Source: an uncultured Candidatus Saccharibacteria bacterium
GTDB lineage: Bacteria; Patescibacteriota; Minisyncoccia; Phycocordibacterales; JAKAEA01
Reading direction: 5' to 3'
Length of the DNA: 64,000 bases
Assembly (NCBI GenBank): GCA_964577595.1
Contig: CAZNZK010000001.1
Location: 208,144 to 272,143 of the forward strand
Shown here: piece by piece, positions 48,201 through 53,595 of the stretch
Position numbering within the stretch: position 1 is the first letter of the stretch
Layout: the number at the start of each line of letters is the position of its first letter
Translations under genes and position numbers: made by a program
Notes under the pieces: generated by a model
Database searches by the model: none
What the model saw: the letters and a program-made list of their open reading frames with translations, nothing else
Told to the model about the DNA's origin: nothing

Positions 48201-48850
48201 TTAATCATAGGAGTGAGCGCTTCTTGTTCGGGCGTTGCTGAAATCGTCACCAGCTTTCCGTCGCTGGTTAATTGCTCAACAATAGTTGGAGTTGAGCTTA
48301 CTACATCAGCTGTTGAAGTTGCCGTAGATGTTGCGTCACTCGCAGAAGCCGAAATGCCTAATGGGTCGGTGGTGGTCGCTGATGAATCACCGCCACCAGT
48401 TGTTGTTGAAGTACCCGTAGGTGATGAAGTGTCTGGAGTTGAAGTTGCTACATCTGAGACGGGGAGAGTGACAGATTCGGACGTGGTCGCCATGGTTGTG
48501 GGGGGAGGCACATCTTCAACCGGTGTGGTATTTTGGCTGCCAGTATCACTAGTTGTCACGTTTGTACCCGTATCATCAGCGGTCGCATCGGCAGTCGGAG
48601 TAGGCGTGCTGAGACTACTACTATCTGCTGAGTCAGACGAAGTGTCGGGTGTGGTAACTGCCGGCGTTGCAGTCGTAGGATCAGGGGTAGCGGCAGGTGT
48701 CGCAGTGCTCGTATCAGTATCCGCTGTGGTATCGGTGCTAGGAGCAACCGCGTCATCAGCCAAGCTCCTGAGAGGGAAAAAACCGGCACAGAGAAAAATC
48801 ACAAGTATGACAAAAAATATCTTGATGGTGTGATTGAATCGTGATGACAT
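30299..48850 (-). CDS. Giant (6183 aa) surface adhesin-like protein: signal peptide, Thr/Asp-rich linker, GLUG/Gly-rich repeat region, 23 FN3 domains, Gly20 linker, C-terminal dockerin
   Basis: Uninterrupted ORF. Repeated YxGGLVG.N.G.I..SYA.G.V units alternate with GGxGGxGG loops; P.AP....A..G.G.AT..F..P...GG..I..YTV...GLTNG..YTFTV.ATN..G.S..S FN3 units; duplicated DFNHDGRVDAIDFSILL / DINHDNKVDSIDFSIML. Confidence 0.9.
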   Translation of the reverse strand: MSSRFNHTIKIFFVILVIFLCAGFFPLRSLADDAVAPSTDTTADTDTSTATPAATPDPTTATPAVTTPDTSSDSADSSSLSTPTPTADATADDTGTNVTTSDTGSQNTTPVEDVPPPTTMATTSESVTLPVSDVATSTPDTSSPTGTSTTTGGGDSSATTTDPLGISASASDATSTATSTADVVSSTPTIVEQLTSDGKLVTISATPEQEALTPMINVPVTITIPELFKVGQENQIKINWANNGGQPMQFTALDEDGNGYIDHLQWIVPHLSTQTFQIIYISKALQLDANLNPIGDIYSLVQAQDGNYATIASGQSVRVTFDQILNNTNDVTLYAKADDASQTGSITVYPVYTDAEGSTTEGDALHATFQINQEGKYRILMPDLQTPTDLFDLRISGNIDIDYIVDPVTPPATAYWVNGTGLWSDVGGTHWATSSGATFTSTVNAPGTTTTVIFDGNSGIASSIVTIDASSTISSFSINGFAGSINQNANLAITNNFIQNSGTYFATLTVGNPANNYFSVGNNFAINAGTFRRYTGIGSTNDPYIIYDVYGLQGVKTNLTSSYQLNSSVDATVTSSWNSSSGFVPIGNNTTSFTGNFNGNGFTVSNLFIASSSITYAGLFGYNSSNIQNLTLANLLISATGTPGLSTANAAAVATSTPGNNNSAGTAGSNIYVGGLVAYNAGTISNINISGTVTGAGGAGGTEGNASNGGDTPAGFANTGGVGGTTPTNAGATGGVVYIGGLVGWSAQGSITNALSTVAVIGSGGAGGASGNGGNGGMNFGTGTGGGGGSVGIPGAGGISYVGGLIGWLNTGTIMASAATGNVTAYGGAGGVAGIAGTGGQGGNSNVAATGGAGGNGAVGGAGGNSFAGGLVANNLGTIETGSYATGTVQSLAGIAGNASAGGMASTSAAASTATALGGGAGAIGGAGAIAYAGGLVAQNSADGIITGATSTVYASGAVTATGSAGKNGSNGGAGGQGGTAASGGNGGNAANGAVGGAAYAGGLVGLNAGLISMADSTAGLVTVTGGNGGMGGTGGIGGAKGTSGAANGTGGTSGTGGSANGTATYAGALVGSNTGTIQNSFSQNALSANGGTGGTGGTGAASLLGYAGVGGGTGGAAGVLYIGGISGNNTNIITNSYHTTGNISGIAGAGGAAGVGGAGPGGTGGTPGAAGTAIIGAIIYAGGITGYNSGPTITSSYFLANLTGTAGAGGAGANGGVGTTSTSGVAGSAGLTGGVAYVGGVVGDQNNGDILSSYSIGTITANGGAGGVGGNGGAGGTATSTTGGAGLGGLGGGTGGNAFSGGVIGNFVAGTVTTASSTGSIIANGGQGGNAGNGGSGGAGGTNSIGGVGGSGGTGGTAGVSYAGGLIGDSAGIVQGGNNFIGNVTSTSGIPGLGGAGGGAGTTTGTIAATAAAGGTGGTGGTGAIAYAGGLVGYNTTIIASSTASTTVIALSVSGQPGAAAGAAGNGSTGGASQVGASGVQGGTGGAGAAAYGGGIAGYNSSTITNSYISAGSVTATAGSGGNGATGGAGGIGGSGALGGAGGTGGTGGLGAFSYAGGGVGNNVAGFIQANSYAAATVTSVAGNAGNGGTGGAGGVGATGGTGGAIGGLGGTAYAGGLVALSTGVIDHSYATGNVSALGGTGGAPGSGGLGGSGSTGMAGGANGALDTGALITARAGGPAYAGGLLGQNSANGIVQNFSYALGTASSTGGTGAPGAPGANGGNSSGGGVVGGAGNIGGAGGTGGASYSGGLIANNLGLVGVDSYAMGNATSTGGTGGYGGNAGNGGTSGTGINGVSEAAVVGGLGGNGGATYVGGVVAWNGVAGSTIGTANNTGGIYSTGGLGGYGGTGGAGGNATSTSGFIGGAGGIGGAGGNGGAAYGGGVTGSNTGIISGVTYTVTTISVNGGTAGAGGTGGKAGASGAAIGGTGGAGNTGGNGGVGGATYIGGLTGDNPGVIINSSVIVVGSMTADGTPGAAAGQGGNGGDGTLGLNGHSGGAAGAGGTGGTGGALYMGGLAGQDNGDILSSNSQNGTINAVLGAGGGTGGTGGTGGPAGGLGGRNGTGGTGGGGGITGAVYVGGIAGYNNTTNDLLFNAVYSTSNVYATGGTGGTGGTAINGTVGALGGNGGAGGAGGAASSYTYVGGLFGYIGGTGDTISNASSTGNILVIGQVGGTGSFGALGGDGTTTATTTMSGGNGGNGAGGGAGGFAYGGGLVGFTNTNIFISNAYATGTVSISAGNAGIGGNGGKGGLGANNPGGNGGTGIAGGLGGTVYVGGLVGFVTSGEIDSSYSTGAVTGTSGNGGNSGSGGIGGAGNGQFIGGIGGNGVAGNNGGVNYTGGLIGSNSGTLQYDYHILGMVTANVGSGGIGGAGGNAGASGAFLSASTTAAGGAGFLGGTGGAVNIGGLVGINTGAGAIINNSYAMANASTTGGIGGQGGIGGNAGDGSAGVNQTGGIGGVGGAGGPGASGVGPPATAVQAGGLVGQNITGTISNSYAVSGTVTATGGAGGASVQGGTGGIGTGTGLSGLAGAGGAGGAGGSVYAGGLVGYSTGVVNGSYSETTLNIAGGSGQNGSNGISGVANRGAAGSNAGAGGASGIVYAGGLAGYTVADVVASWTSVDPISGAGNIYINTGGTGNAGNAGNGGSAVVSGGVGGVGGTTAAVGGATNGAIVGGLLGYSSATVSSSYSQSLTITGVEQTGGIGGNGGNGGAGAGSSVGGVGLIGGNGGNSGTLEFGGLIGNDLGVIQQSSYSLVTIFMTGGNGGLGGNGGAGGTSGTTTSSGTAAAGFPGGIGGAGGVVFGGGLVGTISGAALTIQVVNSYATGTVSIVGGNGGNGGTGGNGGSGFYGTTGHVGSTGALGGVAGVGGEADAGGLVGFSSFAAGTGNFLNDYALGNVSALGGNAGTAGSSGSAGLSTTTVTGVSGPAAVAAAVGGNAYAGGLIGNNRFTTGINNFINSFAIGFASSTGGIGSIGNVGGNAASSTGSSLGGNGGVGGNGGAGGEADAGGLVGYSSVTSGTGNYQNSAATSTTNIVSAKGGQGGQGGSAGYSGAGAGAFAGGGTLAGGTSGAGGNAYAGGLIGQTSASANTDLSIIGSHSTENVVATGGSSGNGVTGVIGGLGGSLNKGGTGGTGGTSSTGGTSYAGGLIGSNAGIIENTSYATGNATSTSGTAGTAGVGGTGGATGGALSGGTAASGGVGGVGGNAGVAYAGGLVANNAANGVIISSYAAGSVTAIGNNGAAGGNGGTGGDGSLGVGGHAGGLGGNGGASGAGGAAYVGGLIGNNIDTTNTTLTSYAIGQTVTGIAGNGGTGGTGGTGGAAGSVGIGGGGGTGGSAATNAVGGALYIGGFVGYNDGFIEINSYSTNNATGTAGTGGTGGVGGNGVSGFVGTVGVGGQGGVGGTGGAAGTAGIVYGGGFAGENFTGMIIKDSYALGTVTATAGAGGAGGAGGTGGIGTTTAASASNGSNGGQAGGRTAGTNGGITYAGGFTGYNLGTLYTTYAIGAVNANGSTGGAGGAGGIGGVGGNGGATGAGGTGGAEGATAAAGNGGAAYAGGLVGYNYTAGIIQYSWSAGNVTIVGGNGGAAGLAGVAGTGGNGGTGGGGIGGTGGGVVTEGNGGTGGFSYGGGLVGGNISTGSISTSYASGNVKVIGGNGIVGATGGIGGNGGVGGSGATGNGGPATNGSNGGNGGAGGDVYAGGLIGTNTGTITNAYALGTASSTAGLAAKGGNGGQGGAGGAKGGGSTLGTAGAGLNGGTGGNGGNAYIGGLMGSNTATVTNAYSIGAPSGTSTLAALGGAGGATGTGSGAGGTGSAGANGTTVGVRNVGGMTGSAGGTYVSDYWDTDTSGKLHNNGLGTGAVDPSGMNSESNNSMMLLATYSNWDFATPIWDIVPSSTYAYLDYQTVSGSPTNVVAVGGNGQATITFTAPTNLGGSAITYYTVTSSSLADVSHTITGSNSPITIYGLTNGVLYTFTVTATNATGTSTASVTSNSVMPATVPDAPVITSATGGPGSATITFTTPANNGSTISYYTVTSNYGDTAIGGSSPITITNLTNGINYTFTVTATNSAGTSTMSNTSGSVMPATTPDAPVITSATGGPGSATITFTTPANNGSTISYYTVTSNYGDTAYGGSSPITIINLTNGVNYTFTVTATNGVGTSTMSNTSGSVMPAIAPDAPVITSATGGPGTATITFTTPANNGSAISYYTVTSSSLGDTPHTMSGGASPITIGGLINGATYTFSVTATNSVGTSTASGSSLSVMPATVPDQPIIISAVRNDDGATITFSYPNSNGSTISYYTVTSNSTSDVPHTMSGGTSPITISGLTYGSTYTFTVTATNGVGTSTPSLSSLPITPATAPDAPIIGTATEAPGEAIVTFTAPVNDGYSTITSYTVTSTDGLHSITGGASPIVITGLTNGLTYYFTVTATNSIGTSSASLSSNSVTPISIPDAPTIGTATEAPGEATISFSGPVNYGGSTISYYTVTSNDGHSATGGSSPITVTGLTNGVVYTFTVTATNAVGTSTSSGTSNSVMPATSPDAPTIGTATQSPGEATVTFTAPANNGSTISYYTVTSNSMTDVPHTATGGTSPITITGLTNGATYTFTVTATNAVGTSTSSGTSNSVTPISIPDAPTIGTATEAPGEATISFSGPVNYGGSTISYYTVTSSSLSDVPHTMMGGNSPITITGLTNGATYTFTVTATNAVGTSTSSGTSNSVMPAAAPDFPTNVSATAGTGQATVTFTAPNNNGSNITYYTVTSNSLTDVPHTATGGNSPITITGLTNGATYTFTVTATNGAGTSTPSGTSGSVVPATTPDAPTIGTATEAPGEATISFSRPVNYGGSTISYYTVTSNDGHSATGGSSPITVTGLTNGVVYTFTVTATNAVGTSTASSVSNSVTPTTVPDAPTIGPATGGNGQATISFSAPGNNGGSTITYYTVSSNIGGFTATGGSSPITITGLSNGTTYTFTVTATNSVGTSTSSSVSNSVTPATVPDAPSGVTAAGGNGQATISFSTLGNNGGATVASYTVTSNDGHTATGGSSPITITGLTNGTTYTFTVSASNAVGTSTASSVTNSVTPAMAPNAPTIGTATSGNGQATITFTAPGNNGGATVSYYTVSSNDGHTATGGSSPVTITGLTNGTTYTFTVTATNAAGTSTASSVSNSVTPATVPDAPTIGTATQSPGEATISFSGPVNYGGSTISYYTVTSNDGHSATGGSSPITVTGLTNGITYTFTVTATNGVGTSTVSAASNSVTPATVPDAPTIGPATAGNGQVTVAFTAPGNNGGASVSYYTVSSNDGHSATGGSSPITVTGLTNGTSYTFTVTASNSAGTSTASSASNSATPATVPNAPSIGTATSGNGQATITFSAPGNNGGATISYYTVTSNDGHSATGGSSPITVTGLTNGTTYTFTVTATNSVGTSTASATSNSVTSATIPDAPTIGSVTSGNGQVLVTFTAPGNNGGSVITTYTVTSNDGHTANGGSSPITVTGLTNGTAYTFTVTATNSAGTSTASSASGSVTPATVPNAPSVGTATGGNGQATITFSAPGNNGGSTISYYTVTSNDGHTATGGSSPITITGLTNGTTYTFTVTASNSAGTSTPSATTNSVTPATIPNAPTIGTATGGNGQATITFTAPGNTGGSAITTYTVSSNVGGFTATGGSSPITITGLTNGTTYTFTVTASNAVGTSTSSGTSNSVVPATVPDAPTSVTATSGNGNATVTFTPPSNTGGATVTSYTVTSNDGHTASGGASPITVTGLINGTTYTFTVTATNSVGTSTSSLSSNATTPATVPNAPTNVAAVTGDTSATVSWSAPSFNGGSTILYYTVTSNDGLHSAMSGSTVATVTGLTNGTPYTFTVSATNAEGTSTSSGTSNSITPASIPSAPQNLTATVADSSIGLSWSAPVSDGGSSIADYIVEYELATGGTWAIFDDGVGTTPATTVTSLSNDVAYNFRVIAKNAINQGTPSGVVSATPGSPAQVLIQSFPSLTTPNISTAIRITNEGQAQSEYTYNWCVTSSEVGSCGSADIFDGQNAKLIQPGQNFDTTLNSTVPNAGNYWFHLNVQFGSSFSTADQSFTATAPVSTNGGGGGGGGGGGGGGGGGGGGNLVVATPNLVNSKLTTSDFNHDGRVDAIDFSILLAFWGTKAPYKNSSVDINHDNKVDSIDFSIMLYEWTDTALALKD
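30930..37150 (-). repeat. Tandem array of 23 fibronectin type III coding repeats (~265-280 bp each)
   Basis: Counted from the translation; several blocks are near-identical at DNA level. Confidence 0.88.
37300..46950 (-). repeat. GLUG-like / PGRS-like glycine-rich degenerate repeat region
   Basis: Dozens of ~75-95-aa units, each with a GGLVG/GGLIG core and a Gly-rich excursion. Confidence 0.8.
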
Positions 48851-49028
48851 GGAACAAGTAGAAAAAGAGAGAACCGTACTGGTAATAATAGCGGTAAAAC
48901 CACTAAACTTAAATAGAAAATTGAAGCATTTCTGTTGATAACTTTGCCTTCCTCACAAAAAAAGTTGGTCTTTTTCAAAATTTCCCCAAAATAGTATTGA
49001 ATAAAAATTAAATACGTGTCACAATACC

Positions 49029-49051
49029 AAGTGTCGGGTTATCCGACACTT
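49029..49051. promoter_or_regulatory. Palindromic operator candidate
   Basis: AAGTGTCGG-gttat-CCGACACTT, 11 bp upstream of the HTH gene, in the divergent intergenic region of the giant gene. Confidence 0.6.
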
Positions 49052-49062
49052 TATTTTTCTCC

Positions 49063-49470
49063 ATGTTTACGAAAGAACAAAAAAATATTTTAGGAATTTC
49101 CGTAAAAGAAAATAAAGTGTTAGCTTCGCTGAAAAAGAGCAAAAGTATTTTTACGTTGAGTAAAAATGTAAAAATTCCCCGCGCTTCTCTCTACCCTATC
49201 ATTCAAAAACTCTTTCAACGCGGCTTTATCCGATCTAAGAGCGTTGGCAATAGATTCCATTTTCAAGCCATTTCTAAGGAAAATCTCAGCGAAATGTTGG
49301 CAAAAATTGCCATAGAATTACGCGAGTCAATTGAGCCGGCAAAGATCGTTCTACAAAAGCCAGAAATACTAACTAAGATTGAAATTCCCCCAACGCCAGC
49401 GTTGCCCCCCACTGTTACCGCCCCTAAACCAAAAAAAATATCAACATGGTTGAAATCTATTTTTAAGTAG
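49063..49470 (+). CDS. TrmB-like winged-helix transcriptional regulator
   Basis: LGIS.KE.KVL..L....SI..LSK.VKIPRASLY.I...L..RGFI. Confidence 0.75.
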   Translation: MFTKEQKNILGISVKENKVLASLKKSKSIFTLSKNVKIPRASLYPIIQKLFQRGFIRSKSVGNRFHFQAISKENLSEMLAKIAIELRESIEPAKIVLQKPEILTKIEIPPTPALPPTVTAPKPKKISTWLKSIFK

Positions 49471-49474
49471 CATG

Positions 49475-49726
49475 TTAAAAACTGCCCAGTAATTTCTCTT
49501 TTTGAGCCTTAGTTAGAGCCTTTATTTCTCCCTCGCGCCTGAAAGCGGCCGTTCTAGTGGCGCATTTTTCCGTATATACAAGCACAACCGGCTGGCGGCT
49601 TCTTGTGTATTTTGCTCCGCCCGCCAATAAACCATTGTGCTGTTTAAGCCGCTTCTCTATGTTTGGAGTGATGCCCGTATATAAACTACCATCGGCACAG
49701 CGAACTATGTACGCGTAATAGTCCAT
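49475..49726 (-). CDS. GIY-YIG nuclease family protein (UPF0213/YhbQ-like)
   Basis: YIVRCADGSLYTGIT..IEKRL.QHN...GAKYTRSR.PV.LVY.E....A..RE..IK.L...KE.L. Confidence 0.92.
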   Translation of the reverse strand: MDYYAYIVRCADGSLYTGITPNIEKRLKQHNGLLAGGAKYTRSRQPVVLVYTEKCATRTAAFRREGEIKALTKAQKEKLLGSF

Positions 49727-49738
49727 TGACTGCCGCTA

Positions 49739-50323
49739 TTAGCTAACGAGCACCGCCGTCACCACAAGACGATCGTTATAGGTACCGGTCTGCGGCAAAT
49801 AGGTGCCATAGCAGGTAATAATTTTAAGAAGCGGCTGGCCGCTGTCGGCGAAAATCTGGCCGCTGGGAAAAGCGCTGACGCTGTAAATATCGAGAGAAGT
49901 AACTTTAAAATGAGAGACGCCACCAAGCACATTGGTTACGTAAATATCGTCGCCAGCAACCAGGGTGTGGAGATTTTTAAAAACGCCGGGAATAGCGGCA
50001 CCGTTATCAACGTGGCCGTCAATTACCGCACTGCCTATGCCGCCAACCACGGGCCCACGGTCATACCAACCGGCCTGCACGAAATTGTGTGGCACATCAA
50101 GTGCACCAGCCGGAGTAATATCAACAGGCACAATTGAAGCCCGCTTGCCAATTTGCGGAATGAAAAGCGAGGCCGGAGCGCCGGCTACGGGCCCGATAGT
50201 AGCCGGCGTATTTTGGGCATAAGCCGGAGAAATGGTTAGAAAAAAGCCGCCGAAAGCCACGGATGTGGTAACGACGAGCACAAGTGAAGTGCGAGCGATA
50301 CTGGCGCGAAATGAAAGTTGCAT
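49739..50323 (-). CDS. Class F sortase
   Basis: P..LFIP.IG, GWY..GP..G..GSAVIDGHVD, VF..L..L..GD.I.V, LKIITC.G.Y, RLVVTA (His-Cys-Arg triad). Confidence 0.88.
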   Translation of the reverse strand: MQLSFRASIARTSLVLVVTTSVAFGGFFLTISPAYAQNTPATIGPVAGAPASLFIPQIGKRASIVPVDITPAGALDVPHNFVQAGWYDRGPVVGGIGSAVIDGHVDNGAAIPGVFKNLHTLVAGDDIYVTNVLGGVSHFKVTSLDIYSVSAFPSGQIFADSGQPLLKIITCYGTYLPQTGTYNDRLVVTAVLVS

Positions 50324-50418
50324 AAGAGTTGAAATATGGCTTAAATAAAAGGTTTTTAAACGAATACAAAGATATTTTAGCACGAAAAAATAGGTGTGTA
50401 AAGGGCTTCGGTTCGAAA

Positions 50419-51903
50419 TTATTTCTCCAAATCTAACACCTCGTCAATGCGGATTTTGGCGACGAAATCGGGGACGTGGCTGACGAGAATCATGGCGCCG
50501 GCGAAAGTATTGAGGGCCTCCGCAATAACAGGCAAATGGCGGAAGTTGATATGGTTGGTGGGCTCGTCTAAAATGAGGAGGCCGGGCTTTTGCAAAACGA
50601 GGCGGGCGAAAGCCACCAAGCCTTTTTGACCCTCAGAAAGATTACCAATTTTTGTATGAATCATGTCGCCAGTAATAAGAAAACCAGCGGCCACCGAGCG
50701 CAATTCCTGTTCAATAATTCGCCCTTCAACCGTGCGCAAAACGCCTTCAAGCGACTGGTACACTGTGTCCTCAAAATTCAGAGTTGAAAAATCTTGGCGA
50801 TAATAGCCGATACGAATGCCATCCTGGACCATCGTGCCCTCGGCATGGCCAGAAGCGAGCGCTTCCAAGAGGGTTGTTTTACCAATGCCATTCGGCCCGC
50901 GCAACAAGAGGTGCTGATTTTTCTTAATCGGCATATTCACTTTTCTTTTGACCGGCTTATGATTCTTAAAAATTGTAAATGAGGAAATTTTCATAACCTC
51001 ACCAAAAACGTCCTTTTGAGCTGGGATAGTAAAAGGGCGAATGGCTTTGTCTTCCTTGCGCACGTCCACCTTTGCCTCCTCAAGCTCATCGGCTTTGTCG
51101 CGCATACGCTTAGCCACTAAGCGCATCTGGCCACCCTTATTGGCAAAAAAGTTGGCCTTGTCTTTATTTTCTTGAATTTCCTTGGCCAGCTGAGCATTTT
51201 TGCGATTTTCCTTTTCCATACGCGCGGTGATTTGCTCGCGGACGTCAAAATAGTTGCCCACATACTGCTCAATTTTTTTGGTGAACACGTCCAAATAAAG
51301 CACGCCGTCAGTGAAAGAATTTAAAAAATCAGCATCGTGCGAAATAACCATACAGCTTTTTCTATAGGCCTTCAAAAACGCCGTGAGGTGTGTAATGCCG
51401 GCAGCGTCTAAGTTATTCGTCGGTTCATCAAGCAAAAGAAGGTCAGGGTCGGCAATAAGTGCCGAGGCCAGCAAAAGCCGCGCTTGCTGACCGCCAGAAA
51501 ACGACTTCACCGTGCGCTCGTGCAATTTTTCATGGCCTTTCAAATTAACCACTTCAAGCACATCGTCAATGCGCGGGTCAATGTCGTACACCTTCCCTGC
51601 TTGAGCGCCTTCCATAGCCTTTTCAAAAAATGCCCGCACCGTAAGCCCCATTTCATCGCGTGGAATGACCTGCCGGGCTATGGCAATGCTTATACCCTTC
51701 GTAATATGCACCTCACCTGCTTCAGGCCTTAGAAGGCCCAAAATGAGCTGAAAAAGGGTGCTTTTGCCGGCACCATTCTGACCCATGATGGTTATTTTGC
51801 TCCCCCGCCGTACGTTAAAATCAACCCCATTAAGAAGCTGGCGATTCACCCCATATTCAAAACTCACCCCCTCAAAGCGGAGTATCGTGGCATCAGCGGA
51901 CAT
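50419..51903 (-). CDS. ABC-F family ATP-binding protein
   Basis: Two ABC domains (GQNGAGKST/FSGGQ/DEPTNNLD and GPNGIGKTT/LSEGQ/DEPTNH); no TM segments. Confidence 0.92.
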   Translation of the reverse strand: MSADATILRFEGVSFEYGVNRQLLNGVDFNVRRGSKITIMGQNGAGKSTLFQLILGLLRPEAGEVHITKGISIAIARQVIPRDEMGLTVRAFFEKAMEGAQAGKVYDIDPRIDDVLEVVNLKGHEKLHERTVKSFSGGQQARLLLASALIADPDLLLLDEPTNNLDAAGITHLTAFLKAYRKSCMVISHDADFLNSFTDGVLYLDVFTKKIEQYVGNYFDVREQITARMEKENRKNAQLAKEIQENKDKANFFANKGGQMRLVAKRMRDKADELEEAKVDVRKEDKAIRPFTIPAQKDVFGEVMKISSFTIFKNHKPVKRKVNMPIKKNQHLLLRGPNGIGKTTLLEALASGHAEGTMVQDGIRIGYYRQDFSTLNFEDTVYQSLEGVLRTVEGRIIEQELRSVAAGFLITGDMIHTKIGNLSEGQKGLVAFARLVLQKPGLLILDEPTNHINFRHLPVIAEALNTFAGAMILVSHVPDFVAKIRIDEVLDLEK

Positions 51904-51944
51904 AGGAACTCTAGAGTAGCGTCTTCTGACCGAAAAGGAAAGCT

Positions 51945-52541
51945 CTAACTAAGCGCCTTGTATACCTGCATGCCAAGGATGGAGCCGAGAATTGGCGCGA
52001 GAATATAGACCCAGCTGAAGGAATTCAGGGCGAGCGCAACTGCCGGGTTGAGAATGCCAGCCGAGCCGGCAATGCCCGCGATGAGTGCGCCTAGAGTGAG
52101 CGAGCCGCCGATAACCAAGCCACTTGCCGCAGGCGCTACTTTGCCGTACATAACCGAAGCGATGCCAAAGGTAAAGAGGAATGTGCCGATAGTTTCGGCC
52201 ACAAAGGGGATCAGCGTGAAGGCGCTGGTGGCCCCAGTAACATGAAAATTGAAAACAAGCGTTCCAACCGCGAGGGCGATTGCGGCGCCAAAAAACTGGA
52301 AAACAATGTAGCCAATGGCGTCTTTGAGGGAAATCTTTTTAATGGAAAGCGCGCCGAGAGTAACTGCCGGGTTAATGTGGCAACCAGAAATTGCCCCAAT
52401 GCTGTACACACAGAGGCCCAGCGCCAAGCCAGCAATAACCGGCACCGCAAGCGGGCTACCCGCGCCCGCGACAACTCCAAGAAACACCGCAAAAGCCAGA
52501 GCAAACGTACCGATACTTTCCGCAATATATTTTTTCATCAT
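51945..52541 (-). CDS. Aquaporin / MIP family channel
   Basis: AE.IGTF, ISGCHINPAVT, AETIGTF, LNPAVAL, WVYI.API.G. Confidence 0.9.
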   Translation of the reverse strand: MMKKYIAESIGTFALAFAVFLGVVAGAGSPLAVPVIAGLALGLCVYSIGAISGCHINPAVTLGALSIKKISLKDAIGYIVFQFFGAAIALAVGTLVFNFHVTGATSAFTLIPFVAETIGTFLFTFGIASVMYGKVAPAASGLVIGGSLTLGALIAGIAGSAGILNPAVALALNSFSWVYILAPILGSILGMQVYKALS

Positions 52542-52600
52542 AAGGAAATGGTACTAGCGACTAATGAGATAAGTATAGCATCACGACCTGAAAATCAAAC

Positions 52601-53302
52601 CTAATTCTTCACACATACGCCGCCGACGTCGCCAAAGGGCAAGTGGGAGCCAGGCGTAGGTGCACATTGGTACCCGGCGCCGCACACTGGCGCATTGAGC
52701 ATGTTGCCGCCACAACGCCCGCCGGGAGCGGCAGTAGAGCCGGTACTCGTGGTAGTTGCCGTACTCGTCGCCACAGGAATTTCCACAAGCACTCCGCCTT
52801 GTACGTTCAAATATTTTGTGACGCCAAGCGAAGGCGCGGCCGTCATTGGCTCGTCAGGATTTCTATCGGCGTAATTTACAATGAGCTTGCCGCCAGCAAT
52901 TTCGGTACTTTGTGGAGCAATTCTGTCACCAAGAAGAACGGCATTCGTACCCTTGTAGCCATCGCCAGTCACCAGTGCCGCCACTACGTAAAAGAACGTG
53001 CCACTTCCGCCGCTGTTTTGCGTGAGAATAAAAGCGGTGTCGGCCAAACCATCGCCATTTAAATCCCCCGTCGCTTCATTGCCAAAAAATTGCGTGACCA
53101 CTTTTGAAGCCGAGCCTGGCGCGGCCGGGGTTTCCGCATAGCCATTCACGAGCGTCACCGGCTGGCCGTCAATAGTATATGTGGCATTTTTGTAATCAGT
53201 CACAACAGGCCCAATACTTGTATTCGGACGGCTTGAATACCAAATAACAATACCGACAACAATGAGCGCAATGATACCTACAATAATGTATGTTTTTTTC
53301 AT
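52601..53302 (-). CDS. Membrane-anchored hypothetical protein with Cys-rich C-terminal module
   Basis: N-terminal TM; YKNATY.IDG..V.L.NG, GDLNGDG..D, GGSGTF.Y, LGDRI; four-Cys tail. Confidence 0.75.
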   Translation of the reverse strand: MKKTYIIVGIIALIVVGIVIWYSSRPNTSIGPVVTDYKNATYTIDGQPVTLVNGYAETPAAPGSASKVVTQFFGNEATGDLNGDGLADTAFILTQNSGGSGTFFYVVAALVTGDGYKGTNAVLLGDRIAPQSTEIAGGKLIVNYADRNPDEPMTAAPSLGVTKYLNVQGGVLVEIPVATSTATTTSTGSTAAPGGRCGGNMLNAPVCGAGYQCAPTPGSHLPFGDVGGVCVKN

Positions 53303-53577
53303 TAGTGTGAATTAGAATTAGTTGATGTTGACATACCGGCGGCGTTATTACACGCATTCTCGCATACCTGTTCTTTTGAGGAATTCTCCCCCGTCCCCGA
53401 CTCGTCGTAGACAGTTTGACAAAGCTCCACGCAATCGTTTACTGCATTAATTTGCGTTTGACTCGGGAGGTTAGCGCCAGCACTCGTAGCCCCGCCCTGC
53501 TGGCGCAAAGCTATTTCCACACCCAGTATAATGAGGATAATGACTATTATTAAAATGAAGAGTTGGTTCTTTGACAT
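53302..53577 (-). CDS. Small membrane-anchored hypothetical protein
   Basis: N-terminal TM; two CxxxC pairs. Confidence 0.6.
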   Translation of the reverse strand: MSKNQLFILIIVIILIILGVEIALRQQGGATSAGANLPSQTQINAVNDCVELCQTVYDESGTGENSSKEQVCENACNNAAGMSTSTNSNSH

Positions 53578-53595
53578 ATACTACTTTAAAAAGTT

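Noticed and set aside
30357-48833. Many Pro-rich plus-strand ORFs and short alternate-frame ORFs inside the giant gene
   Set aside because: Antisense shadows of Gly/Thr/Val codons (GGN gives NCC); no independent signals.
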